DNA of 64,000 bases from Candidatus Bathyarchaeia archaeon (GCA_049521795.1 JBEKOM010000011.1:39634-103633); one strand, 5' to 3'; counted from the stretch's first letter, positions 18,768 through 28,102 are shown. Program-made: numbers and translations. Notes: generated by a model from the letters alone, not told the origin.

Positions 18768-19205
18768 ATGACGATGAACAGAAAATCTCTGTTTATAATA
18801 TGCTTCGCAATCATCGTGCTTGCATGTCAGCAGAGGGCGGCAATGGCCTTAATTCCCAGTGAGGAAATGAGCAGTAGTTCCCAACTTCTGTATGTAACGC
18901 GTTTGTCAGACGGTACAGTCGAGAGGCATTATGCTAATGGAACTGTTATGCATGACTATGCCGTAACGATGCAGTTTCACACGGTTGAAACATGGACGAT
19001 GGCAGCCACAACAAGTACGATTATTGTAGAACCGAAGCCTCCAGACACTCCCGATGATGACTCCAACCCTTTCAACCACACTGAATTGATATATTCATTC
19101 TTGGTTGTTATCGGAGCAGGAACCATTCTAAGTGTATGGGCAAAACAGAAGAAATCATGTCGGTTACCAGCGCCGTTGGGCCGCGCTAATGTTGGTCGCC
19201 AATAG
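18768..19205 (+). CDS. Hypothetical exported protein with C-terminal membrane anchor
   Basis: Signal-like N-terminus (KSLFIICFAIIVLAC), Pro/Asp linker, C-terminal TM followed by KQKK. Confidence 0.55.
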   Translation: MTMNRKSLFIICFAIIVLACQQRAAMALIPSEEMSSSSQLLYVTRLSDGTVERHYANGTVMHDYAVTMQFHTVETWTMAATTSTIIVEPKPPDTPDDDSNPFNHTELIYSFLVVIGAGTILSVWAKQKKSCRLPAPLGRANVGRQ

Positions 19206-19217
19206 GAAGATGAACGC

Positions 19218-20153
19218 ATGATGAAATACAAGAAATGCGCTGCGAAAACGCTTTTGCCCTTGATTTTTGTGTTAGCATGCATAGTCGTTGCCGGAAGAGC
19301 TGTGAATGTAAAAGCATCGAACACGACGCCTTCCCCGCAATTTGACATGATGATGCAGCTCGAAATCTATTCTATCGACCTCAAGACCGAAACACTGTAT
19401 AGCTCGTATTATTCATTCACGATGTATACGACCGATCCATCAGTCCAGTGCTTCAGGGTCGCGGTCTTACAACCCGATATGAACCAAGGACTTGGAATGA
19501 CAAGCTGGAACTCGTCCGGCGAGCAGCTTGTCAGTGAAAGCATCAGCACTGATCCACAGAAGGTCGCGGTTCCTTGGCAGTGGCACATGAACCCGATACG
19601 CAATGCTGGCCTAGGAACCCCTTTTGACTACTATGAACTTTCCTCTTTGATAGCTGTCAACATGTCAACGCATCTGATGATAAACGACGGCACGGTGATT
19701 ATGCCGGTGTATTTGCGGGGAGATTGGGTTTGGTCCTCAGACATATCGGCTGAGAAACTGGTTTCAGTTCCGACCAACGAAACATTAAGATCGTGGGGCT
19801 TGAGTCCAGAAAGGTTCTATCAATATGGGTGTGAAAACATGCCAGATTTCTACTTGTTCAAGGTGAGTCTGAGTGCTCCAGCTATGAAAGCATTAAGAAT
19901 GACTGTTGCATTTCTGCTTCCTTCTCTGGCCCTCCTTGGAGTTCTCTCAGTCACAACATACTATCGGCGCAGATTGGAAAGGGGGGATTTCTTGGCCATC
20001 TTTGTCGGCGCCGGTTTGTTCACATTATCTTTCCTTGTTTCGTTCTATCAATATGCCCCGCCAGATGTTTTCACCTGGGAAGAGCTGTTACTCATCGTCG
20101 ATTTCGTCTTCGCAAGTATTCTCGCAGTGTATTCCATAGTCAAGCGAGAGTGA
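19218..20153 (+). CDS. Membrane protein resembling a prokaryotic pentameric ligand-gated ion channel (Pro-loop) subunit with 3 C-terminal TMs
   Basis: Signal peptide; IYSIDLKTET, PFD Pro-loop, M1 FLLP, M2-M3 loop APP..FT. Confidence 0.55.
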   Translation: MMKYKKCAAKTLLPLIFVLACIVVAGRAVNVKASNTTPSPQFDMMMQLEIYSIDLKTETLYSSYYSFTMYTTDPSVQCFRVAVLQPDMNQGLGMTSWNSSGEQLVSESISTDPQKVAVPWQWHMNPIRNAGLGTPFDYYELSSLIAVNMSTHLMINDGTVIMPVYLRGDWVWSSDISAEKLVSVPTNETLRSWGLSPERFYQYGCENMPDFYLFKVSLSAPAMKALRMTVAFLLPSLALLGVLSVTTYYRRRLERGDFLAIFVGAGLFTLSFLVSFYQYAPPDVFTWEELLLIVDFVFASILAVYSIVKRE

Positions 20154-20237
20154 TCGTGCTGTTGCTCGTATGCGTATACGCATATCATGACCGCGTCGCT
20201 CAATCATCTGATAGGTGGTTTGCTGCGAGGTTCAACT

Positions 20238-21107
20238 ATGGCCAAAAATAACAAGTCTAAGGATAAGGCCATTGACGATTGGCTTTCCAAGTCAACCTCA
20301 AACCTCAAGTCTGCCAAGATACTCTACGATGGCGGACAATGGGAGGATTGTTTGAGTCTTCTGCAACAGAGCCATGAGAAACTGTTCAAAGCATTGCAGC
20401 TTTCCTTGGGAAGGATGACCCTGAAACAAACAAAGGCAGATTTGAGAGTACAGAAAATGTTGGGGTTTCTGCCAAGGGAACCACGAGCGTATAGGCACAG
20501 AACAACGATGCCTCTCATTTCTGACATGGAAACGGCTGCTCCGTTCATAGAAAACTTTTTGATGCGAATGAAAGGTAGCGACTTAAGACCTCAAATTGAA
20601 GGCTTTATCGAAGGTGTTCGGAATAGTCGGAAGAGATTGCAGGAGCTGAAGAAGAAACCGTTTGGTCTAATCAAGACGACAGAGCAACTTGAGACAGAAG
20701 TCAAGGTGGCAGAAGACATTCTTAATTTGCTTGATCAACTTGAAACGGTGGCAAAGGAAACAGCTGCCAAGTTTGATACTGCGGAGCTCTTGCGCACCGC
20801 AGCTTCTGTGGCGAACAGTCTAGGGTACAAGGTAGACATGAGTGAAACCGTTTCCGTTGATGGCGTGATAGCTGATGTTCTGCCAAGGATAAGAATCGCC
20901 GAACTTTCATCCCTCTCAGCTGGGCTAGGCACCTTTCTCGATCCCTTATTCAAAGTCACTCGCTACCCGGAAGAGCCGCATGAACCTTTCGACGAGAACA
21001 ATCCATACATCAAGAATTTTATGGGCCTCTACGGTGTGTTGGATCGTATGCTCAAACAGAGCCGCGAGGCCGTGAAGAGTCCGTCAAACATCAATGCTGG
21101 CCGCTAA
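20238..21107 (+). CDS. HEPN-domain protein with large central helical insertion
   Basis: WLSKSTSNLKSAKILYDGG.W...L.QQSHEKLFKAL N-terminal HEPN signature; C-terminal TRYP. Confidence 0.75.
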   Translation: MAKNNKSKDKAIDDWLSKSTSNLKSAKILYDGGQWEDCLSLLQQSHEKLFKALQLSLGRMTLKQTKADLRVQKMLGFLPREPRAYRHRTTMPLISDMETAAPFIENFLMRMKGSDLRPQIEGFIEGVRNSRKRLQELKKKPFGLIKTTEQLETEVKVAEDILNLLDQLETVAKETAAKFDTAELLRTAASVANSLGYKVDMSETVSVDGVIADVLPRIRIAELSSLSAGLGTFLDPLFKVTRYPEEPHEPFDENNPYIKNFMGLYGVLDRMLKQSREAVKSPSNINAGR

Positions 21108-21239
21108 AGCCCAGTCAACCTTGTTCTGAGGCAGCGTTTGGAGACTTCCAGAACCTCGCGGATCACTCAACACTTCGCCGCGCTCACATGACACAACATT
21201 CACGATGGCGCCGTCACTGAAGCGTTGTGATAAACGAAG

Positions 21240-21512
21240 TTACAGTCGCTTTATAATGTGACACCCAAACTTTGTCCTTACTATCGGCGACGTTTGACCC
21301 TTTTGGAGCCCAAACGCGGCTGTTTCGAACTCTTTAACCATCTTCCCTCTTGTGAAGGTCCCAAGGTCTCCACCACGTTTTCCTGAAGGGCACAGAGAGA
21401 CCTCCCTTGCCACGTTCGAGAACTTTTCGCCCTTGTTCAGACGGTCCAGCACGGTCTTGGCTTCCTGCTCGGTCTTCACAAGAATGTGGGCACAATGAAC
21501 CTTGTCTGACAT
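21240..21512 (-). CDS. ppiC: Parvulin-type peptidyl-prolyl isomerase
   Basis: HILVK, SLCPSGKRGGDLG.F.RGKMV.EFE.AAF, TKFGCHII. Confidence 0.92.
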   Translation of the reverse strand: MSDKVHCAHILVKTEQEAKTVLDRLNKGEKFSNVAREVSLCPSGKRGGDLGTFTRGKMVKEFETAAFGLQKGQTSPIVRTKFGCHIIKRL

Positions 21513-21840
21513 ACGCTAACTGTTCCATCATTGAACTTATTAACACTTCTTCAAAAAGGATCAGAATACCTGAAGATGGTCACTCTTGGTTTTGCGGAAA
21601 AGTTATAGCTGAGCCGAAGTGATGTACCGGCGCGCCTTGAATTAGACCAAAACATTGAAATTTCCAGTTGCTATTAGAAAGGTTGGACAATGAAGAAATC
21701 GAGGTACGAGTACGCTTTTGCGGATGACATCTTTTTCCGCTCCTGAGTCCAAAAAGACCTTTGCATGCTAAACTCCACCGCGCAGTGGAGGCTCTGAAAG
21801 CTAGATTCTGCGTACAAAGAAAGGGGATGGGGGAGAGCTG

Positions 21841-22059
21841 TTAACGTTCTGGAGATCCGCTGATGTAGGCCCAAATAGCCACTAGTGAAACTGTTAGCAA
21901 AGCTCCGGCGAGTCCTGACAACAGGTACCCTGCGCTGAGGAATGCAGGGAGCACTGCAGCGAGAGCTGGAATGGCATATGTGGCTGCGAGGTCTGCTATG
22001 ACTCCTGCGAAGAATCCTAAGATTGCGATGAAGAGGAACATCTTTAGCCTTTCGCCCAT
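21841..22059 (-). CDS. Small hydrophobic membrane protein, divergent from the cdv operon
   Basis: 72 aa with two hydrophobic segments; AGGTG RBS before ATG. Confidence 0.6.
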   Translation of the reverse strand: MGERLKMFLFIAILGFFAGVIADLAATYAIPALAAVLPAFLSAGYLLSGLAGALLTVSLVAIWAYISGSPER

Positions 22060-22285
22060 TTTTTCACCTTTTGCTTAGCTATTGAATTCAAGCCGCTTTT
22101 TAGTCTAACTTACACTTATTTGTCTATTCTCAGAAAAGCGGCAACATAGTCTTTTAGTTGGAAAATTAAAGGCCAAAACCGCTCTGACCGAGACGTATAG
22201 CTCCACATATATCCGCGCATATTGTCATCATGTTAACAATGCATAAGCTGGTTTTATGCGACTTCTGTTTTTGGAGGTAATTAAT

Positions 22286-22957
22286 TTGTCAGAAAGGTTT
22301 AGCAAGAAATGGGAATCGAGAAGAGAAGAACAACCGTTTCCGAACAAGCTCAAGGAGACAATACGGCCACCTGGTCCTCTGAAGCCGCGGCTAGACTTTG
22401 CTGTCCGACGCATTGAAATGCAAGTTCAGAAGCTCGATCAGGCCACAGACAGATTCGGTCAAAGAGACAAGACGATCTTTGCGAGAATAGTTGACGCTTA
22501 CACAAAACACGACACTGCTCGCGCAAATGTCTTCGCCAATGAGTTAGCAGAGATACGAAAAATGGAAAGGCTCATCATAAATGCCAGGCTCGCGCTCGAA
22601 CAGATCGTGTTAAGATTACGCACTGTGTCAGAGCTAGGAGATGTCGTGTCCACACTGGGCCCAGCAGTCGGTGTCCTAAGATCAGTCAGAGCGGGACTCG
22701 TAAGCGTTTTTCCAGAGGCAGAGAACGAACTTGGCGAAATAGGCAACATGCTGAGCGGCATAATGATGGAAGCTGGAACAAATTCAGGAATGACAATGGA
22801 CTTCAACACGGTTAACGAAGACGCAGCCAAAATTCTCACAGAAGCCTCAACAGTCGCAGAGCAGAGAATCAAAGAAAAGTTCCCAGACCTGCCACCAGGA
22901 ATCCCAGGACTTCCAGCAGCCCCAATAGGCGAGAAATCTTCGACAGAGACCTCATAA
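22286..22957 (+). CDS. cdvB: ESCRT-III/Snf7 protein (CdvB1/B2-like)
   Basis: Snf7 core ANVFANELAEIRK...ALEQIVLRLRTV; C-terminal FPDLP; TTG after GGAGG. Confidence 0.88.
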   Translation: MSERFSKKWESRREEQPFPNKLKETIRPPGPLKPRLDFAVRRIEMQVQKLDQATDRFGQRDKTIFARIVDAYTKHDTARANVFANELAEIRKMERLIINARLALEQIVLRLRTVSELGDVVSTLGPAVGVLRSVRAGLVSVFPEAENELGEIGNMLSGIMMEAGTNSGMTMDFNTVNEDAAKILTEASTVAEQRIKEKFPDLPPGIPGLPAAPIGEKSSTETS

Positions 22958-22973
22958 ACAGGGGATGTAAACC

Positions 22974-23693
22974 ATGTCACAAAACCCCAACCTTTTTCTT
23001 TCCCTTGGAAAGCAAGTTAAAGACGAGTATGGATATGCAATAGGAAAGATTGCATCCTTTGCTGTCACCCCAAGCGGGAAATTCGACTCCGTCTTCATCG
23101 AAGGTGGCGACGGAAGAATCTCGAAACACTCTTCTGAACTCCTCAAGCTGGAAGGTGCTAACGTAACTCTAACATCTAACATAAAGGCTCAAGCGAGTAT
23201 CCTGTGCGATCAGATCCCCCTCATCTGGCGCAAAGACCAAGCCCTCAAAGACTTGTCGGAAAAGAAGAAGATCTCCAAAGAGATGTACACTGAGCTGCAC
23301 ACCAGCTTCGACGGTGTACTAACCCAGCTTAAGACCGAAGCTCAAGCTCTCACGGAGGACATAGACAATGAAATTGCAAGGTGCCTTGACGAAACGAAGG
23401 CCCTGAACTACGCATTCGTGCACCTCGAACTCGAACACGAGATAGGAAAATTGGACAACCAATCCTATGAAACGGCCTTCGCACTCGTTCAGGAAAGCCT
23501 CAAGAGAGTCCACATGGAGAAAACCGACCTAGACCTCACGAGAGGCAAGCTGTCAAACATTCTCTTAGGCGATCAAGCCAAAAACAAGGGGATCGAAGGA
23601 TCGAAAGCAGGGACTTCTGCTTCATCCTCTCCAGGGCTTCCAGAGCCGCCTGTAGTAGTCTACGTGAAGGAAATCGGAAAGACCGGCATTTAG
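22974..23693 (+). CDS. cdvA: Cell division protein CdvA
   Basis: N-terminal PRC-barrel-like LGKQVKDEYG..IG; coiled coil; C-terminal EPPVVVYV ESCRT-III-binding-like motif. Confidence 0.85.
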   Translation: MSQNPNLFLSLGKQVKDEYGYAIGKIASFAVTPSGKFDSVFIEGGDGRISKHSSELLKLEGANVTLTSNIKAQASILCDQIPLIWRKDQALKDLSEKKKISKEMYTELHTSFDGVLTQLKTEAQALTEDIDNEIARCLDETKALNYAFVHLELEHEIGKLDNQSYETAFALVQESLKRVHMEKTDLDLTRGKLSNILLGDQAKNKGIEGSKAGTSASSSPGLPEPPVVVYVKEIGKTGI

Positions 23694-23728
23694 AATCGAA
23701 ACAGGAAAGCGGCGGCGGAGGGAGAGCT

Positions 23729-24628
23729 ATCAAAAGTTTCATTCGTTCGCACCCTCCACCATTCCGCGAAATCGTTCTAAAGTCCGTTCAGACCTTGAGA
23801 ATTGAGCAGGGCAAGCTTGGTCAAGCAGCTCACAGACTCAAAAACAGGCACGATATCCTCTTCCAAACATGCGTCAGCGCATTGAAAAACAAGAACAGGG
23901 AAAGAGCCGCAATATGTGCAAACGAGATTTCTGAAGTTCGAAAAATCCTACAATTTCTCCACAGCGTAGAGCTGGCCATAGAACGTGTAGTGCTGAGACT
24001 TGAAACCGTAAAAGAGCTAAGCGATGTCATCGTCGACCTGAAACCAGCTTTGAGACTTCTCCAAGGTGTCTCGCAGGAGCTGATTTCGGTTCTTCCTGAC
24101 GTCTCGTCTGAACTGTGCAGGGTCAACGATACTATTAGCGAGACGCTCTACTCGACCAAGATAACGACTGATGAATCTGTGATACCCATGAATTGGAAAA
24201 CACCTGCCGGTCAAGAGATAATGAATGAAGTCTCAAACTATCTTGAGAAGAAACTTGCTGAGGATCTTCCAGAACCGCCCGCCGCTCAGAAAATTGCGGA
24301 TGCTGAGAAAACCACGATAAAAGAGATGGTTGCAATAGCTTCTGGCGTGACAGAGTCAGCAGGCAGGAAGGCCGTTGAGGAATCCGGAAGAGATTCTTCT
24401 CAAACTCTCTTTTCTTTTAAGAAAGCCGAGATTAAGGAATTCTCCTTAAAAGTTGAAAATTCGCAACTAGAAGACGTTCTTCTAGATTATGTTAGGAAAG
24501 TCAACGGACAGATCGACTTGGCACGTTGCTCAGTTGATTTGGAAACCTCGAATGAGGAGATCGAGAAGGCCCTTCATAACCTAGGGTCTAAGGGGAAAAT
24601 AAAGATTGAAGTTAAAACGGGGGAGTAG
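23729..24628 (+). CDS. cdvB: ESCRT-III protein CdvB with C-terminal winged-helix domain (probable non-canonical ATC start; first canonical start is TTG 23795)
   Basis: AAICANEISEVRK...AIERVVLRLETV, LPEPP MIM-like motif, C-terminal wH (LLDYVRK.NG.ID...L...G.I). Confidence 0.85.
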   Translation: MKSFIRSHPPPFREIVLKSVQTLRIEQGKLGQAAHRLKNRHDILFQTCVSALKNKNRERAAICANEISEVRKILQFLHSVELAIERVVLRLETVKELSDVIVDLKPALRLLQGVSQELISVLPDVSSELCRVNDTISETLYSTKITTDESVIPMNWKTPAGQEIMNEVSNYLEKKLAEDLPEPPAAQKIADAEKTTIKEMVAIASGVTESAGRKAVEESGRDSSQTLFSFKKAEIKEFSLKVENSQLEDVLLDYVRKVNGQIDLARCSVDLETSNEEIEKALHNLGSKGKIKIEVKTGE

Positions 24629-24633
24629 AACGT

Positions 24634-25812
24634 ATGAGCGCTTCACAAGAACTTGAGAAGGCTGCAACCAACTATGCGTTGGAAGCGGTACGCTTGGACA
24701 AACAAGGTTCTAAAGGCATGGCAATAACCATGTACCAGAAGGCTATCGAAAGCCTCTTGCAGCTTGTCCAGCTTTATCCTGAGTACAGCCTGAACAAAGT
24801 CTACGTGCAAAGAGCAATAGCGTATCAGGAGCGGATTAAGGCTATTCAAGGCGCTGTGATCACTTTTCGGGAGCAACCTCACGTTGAAGCGAGAAACGGT
24901 GAAGTTGACGGCGAACCTAAGAGCAGTGAGGGTGGAAAGTCCAGTTATGAGGAGCTGATAATAACAGAGAAGCCTAACGTCAAATGGGAAGAAGTTGTTG
25001 GGCTTGACCCGGCAAAGAAGGCAGTGAAGGAAGCGATAATCTACCCGGTTGAGAGGCCTGACCTGTTCCCGCTGGGTTGGCCACGGGGAATACTGCTCTT
25101 CGGACCACCTGGTTGCGGAAAGACACTGATTGCAGCGGCCGTCGCGACAGAAATAGACGCAACCTTTGTTTCAATAGACGCAGCTTCAATAATGTCGAAA
25201 TGGTTAGGTGAGGCTGAACAGAACGTTTCACGTCTCTTTGGTCAAGTGAGAAAATCAGCCGTGGAAGGTAAACCCGCTATAGTTTTCGTCGATGAATTGG
25301 ACTCGCTGATGGGAAAACATTCAAACGAGGTTGGAGGTGAGATTCGCGTTAGAAACCAGTTCTTGAAAGAGATGGACGGAATAGTGGACAAAGGCAAGAA
25401 CCTTCACGTGTACGTTATTGGAGCAACAAACAAACCTTGGGACTTGGACTGGGCCTTCATAAGGAGGTTCCAGAAAAGGATCTTGGTGCCTCTGCCAGAT
25501 CACCATACGAGGTTGATGATGTTCAATCTGTACACCACTAATCTGCAATTGGCGCCTGACGTTGACCTGCATGAGCTCGCAAGACTTTCAGAAGGGTTCT
25601 CGGGAAGCGACATAAGGGATGTTAACCAGTCGGCACAGCTGAAACTCATAGGTGAATTCTTCGAGTCAGGAAAAGCAAGCGATAAAATGGCGAAGCCGCG
25701 ACCCTTGACGATGGATGATTTCAGACAAATACTTGAAGACCGAAAACCCAGCGTATCCCTCGACATGGTCGCCTTGTACACGCGATGGTTTGAAGCCTTC
25801 AAGGCTCTCTAG
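24634..25812 (+). CDS. cdvC: CdvC/Vps4 AAA ATPase with MIT domain
   Basis: N-terminal MIT domain (A..YA..AV.LD..G), GPPGCGKT, FVDELD, ATNKPWDLD.AFIRRF. Confidence 0.93.
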   Translation: MSASQELEKAATNYALEAVRLDKQGSKGMAITMYQKAIESLLQLVQLYPEYSLNKVYVQRAIAYQERIKAIQGAVITFREQPHVEARNGEVDGEPKSSEGGKSSYEELIITEKPNVKWEEVVGLDPAKKAVKEAIIYPVERPDLFPLGWPRGILLFGPPGCGKTLIAAAVATEIDATFVSIDAASIMSKWLGEAEQNVSRLFGQVRKSAVEGKPAIVFVDELDSLMGKHSNEVGGEIRVRNQFLKEMDGIVDKGKNLHVYVIGATNKPWDLDWAFIRRFQKRILVPLPDHHTRLMMFNLYTTNLQLAPDVDLHELARLSEGFSGSDIRDVNQSAQLKLIGEFFESGKASDKMAKPRPLTMDDFRQILEDRKPSVSLDMVALYTRWFEAFKAL

Positions 25813-25830
25813 AAGGAGATGATGCAACAA

Positions 25831-25956
25831 GAGTGTGTTGAACTGTCGGGTGGAAAGGTTTGGAGAATTACCTTTGAATTTTTAACCTATCTCCTTTCTC
25901 CCATCTCCCCCTCAGATAATATCTCCAAACCCCACAGCCCTGACACAACACAACTC
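25831..25956. repeat. Imperfect long inverted repeat between convergent cdvC and mobB
   Basis: GTGTTG/CAACAC, TGTCGGG/CCTGACA, GGTTTGGAGA/TCTCCAAACC arms around a pyrimidine-rich loop. Confidence 0.55.
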
Positions 25957-26491
25957 AAGTTGCAGCCTTTTTCTTAACAATCCTTTCAACCAGGTCTGCA
26001 AGTTTTTCAGGGTCTTTTCGTATGTCGACGTATGGAATTCCCTTCAAGCCTGACTTGGGCTGATAAGGTCCTGTGAAAGCCAGTATAGGCGGAAAAATCT
26101 TGAAGTCTTCCGCGATTTCTTCAGGGGATCTCACGAGGGCAATTTTGTAGATAGACTTGTCTTGGGCAACTAGTTTTCTAAGCCCCTCAAGAAAAATCAA
26201 ATCGCTTCCCCTGCATTTTCGCAGGATCGCTTTCAAGGAAAGGTTTCTCGTTTCCGTTTTCTCAATCGTTGCGATCTCGGCAGCTGATACGCCGACGATA
26301 ATCTTGGCTCCCGACTGCGCGAACTTCCAAGTGTCTTTTCCCTTTGTGTCAATCGTGAAATCTGGTTCGGGGATGTGCTTCACGGCTGCGACCTTGTATC
26401 CCCTTTGTGTAAGCTCTTTGATCAGGATCTCTATGGTTTCTGTCTTCCCTGACTTTTTTCCTCCGACAACGGCGATCGCAACGGGTGCCAT
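25955..26491 (-). CDS. mobB: Molybdopterin-guanine dinucleotide biosynthesis protein B
   Basis: VVGGKKSGKT, VAAVKH, DTKGKDTWKF..SGA, EGL. Confidence 0.9.
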   Translation of the reverse strand: MAPVAIAVVGGKKSGKTETIEILIKELTQRGYKVAAVKHIPEPDFTIDTKGKDTWKFAQSGAKIIVGVSAAEIATIEKTETRNLSLKAILRKCRGSDLIFLEGLRKLVAQDKSIYKIALVRSPEEIAEDFKIFPPILAFTGPYQPKSGLKGIPYVDIRKDPEKLADLVERIVKKKAAT

Positions 26492-26503
26492 GGTGATTTC
26501 CTG

Positions 26504-26971
26504 CTACTCCGTTTCTTCCATGAAGACTTTTCTTAAAGTGCCTTTGTCCATGTGCAGTTTCTCTGCAAGGTCTGTCACCCATCGAATATAAGCCCTGAAA
26601 AGGTCTTGCAATATCTCTGCTTTCTCCTTTTGAGAAAGGTCTCTTTGTTCAGCTAGCAGCAGCGCAAACCACCTTCCCGCATCCGAAAGCATATAGGCTT
26701 TAACCCACACGTTACGTCCCTCTTGCTCAACTTTCTCCATGTGTTCCTTCATTATTCGAAGTCTTGTCAGCGATTTCAAATTCCCGATGATTGTTTTGTT
26801 TGAGTAGGGCAGTTTTTTCATGAGGTCCTTCTGGTAGATCTTATTCGAAATGCCCTGTTTCAAAGAGAACCTCAAAACGTCGACAGCTGCTTTTGAGCCG
26901 AAAATCGCACTCAATATCTTTGTTTTTTGTTCGGACGGAAGGAACACTACATAGGGATGTAAATCTTCCAC
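26504..26971 (-). CDS. Winged-helix DNA-binding protein
   Basis: YQKDL...YSNKTIIGNLKSL...Y.LS..G wHTH pattern. Confidence 0.6.
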   Translation of the reverse strand: MEDLHPYVVFLPSEQKTKILSAIFGSKAAVDVLRFSLKQGISNKIYQKDLMKKLPYSNKTIIGNLKSLTRLRIMKEHMEKVEQEGRNVWVKAYMLSDAGRWFALLLAEQRDLSQKEKAEILQDLFRAYIRWVTDLAEKLHMDKGTLRKVFMEETE

Positions 26972-27082
26972 TACGACTCACTGCACTCAGCTCTGTGGCA
27001 TTCTTGTCTTAAACGTTACGGGTCTGTGCAATATGTTTTTTTAACACTGTGAACCAGTCTATCGCGGTGCGCTAAGACGAAC

Positions 27083-28102
27083 ATTGGCAGCTGGATTCCT
27101 GAGGACGGAGATACCTTCGTGACCAAAACAGGATTCATATTCAACGTTTTCGGATATGAGCATCCGGCTGGTCGAGTCTTTGCCTTCTTGAAGTACATTC
27201 CGGCCAAGTACAAGAAACTCTTCAACATCGCATATCTGGACAACACTTGGAACTACGGAAGGCAGAAAGTTTTCAGGGCAGAGAGGCTTTACACAGCCCA
27301 AAACTATCAGAGTTTCCTTGAGACTTTCAGAAAGAATTTGCCCAGCCACGTATATTTCTGCCCTTACAGAGGCAAAGAGGTTATCACAGCACCCCTGAAC
27401 TCTGTGAAAGACATCTATGTTCCAAAAGAGTGTCTGCGCCGCTTGGCAAAGCTTCAGACCAGGGACAGTTTGCAGAAAGTTGCTCTGGACCTTATCAAAC
27501 TGCTGTCAAGCGAATCACAAATAGACACTGAAGACTTTGGAATCCACGGTTCAATTGCCTTAAACATGCACACGCCAAAGTCGGACATAGACCTTGTAGT
27601 CTATGGAGCACAAAACTTTCGCAAACTCGAAGCAACAATAAACAGACTTGTCGAAGCAGGGACACTCAGCTACATGTCCAAGAATCGTATAGACGCAGCG
27701 AGACAATGCAAGGGAAAATACCAAGGCAAAATATTCATGTACAACGCAGTGCGAAAGCCCGAGGAAATCAATTCAAAATACGGAATAGCTGAATATTTTC
27801 CCATTGCCCCTGTCAGTTTCTGTTGTACGGTAAAGGACGACTCTGAAGCGATGTTTCGCCCAGCCATTTACGGAATTGAAAATTACGTTCCAGCGGACAG
27901 GGAGGCAACCTTCAGCGAGAACAAGGTGCCCAACCAGGTGGTCTCAATGATTGGGTGTTACCGAAACGTTGCCCGGCGAGGCGACAGGATCCGAGTTTCC
28001 GGAATGCTTGAGCGCGTTGAAAACCTCGAAACAGGACAGGTTTCTCATCAAGTAGTCGTCGGCACGGGCACAAGTGAGGAAGAGCACATTTGGCCGCTCT
28101 GA
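27083..28102 (+). CDS. Predicted nucleotidyltransferase (Pol-beta superfamily, COG1665-like), paralog 1; start uncertain (ATT 27083/27095 or GTG 27119)
   Basis: G.IF.V.G..HP...LKY; GIHGS...SDIDLVVYG; C-terminal OB-like R.SG.LE.V. Confidence 0.78.
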   Translation: MGSWIPEDGDTFVTKTGFIFNVFGYEHPAGRVFAFLKYIPAKYKKLFNIAYLDNTWNYGRQKVFRAERLYTAQNYQSFLETFRKNLPSHVYFCPYRGKEVITAPLNSVKDIYVPKECLRRLAKLQTRDSLQKVALDLIKLLSSESQIDTEDFGIHGSIALNMHTPKSDIDLVVYGAQNFRKLEATINRLVEAGTLSYMSKNRIDAARQCKGKYQGKIFMYNAVRKPEEINSKYGIAEYFPIAPVSFCCTVKDDSEAMFRPAIYGIENYVPADREATFSENKVPNQVVSMIGCYRNVARRGDRIRVSGMLERVENLETGQVSHQVVVGTGTSEEEHIWPL

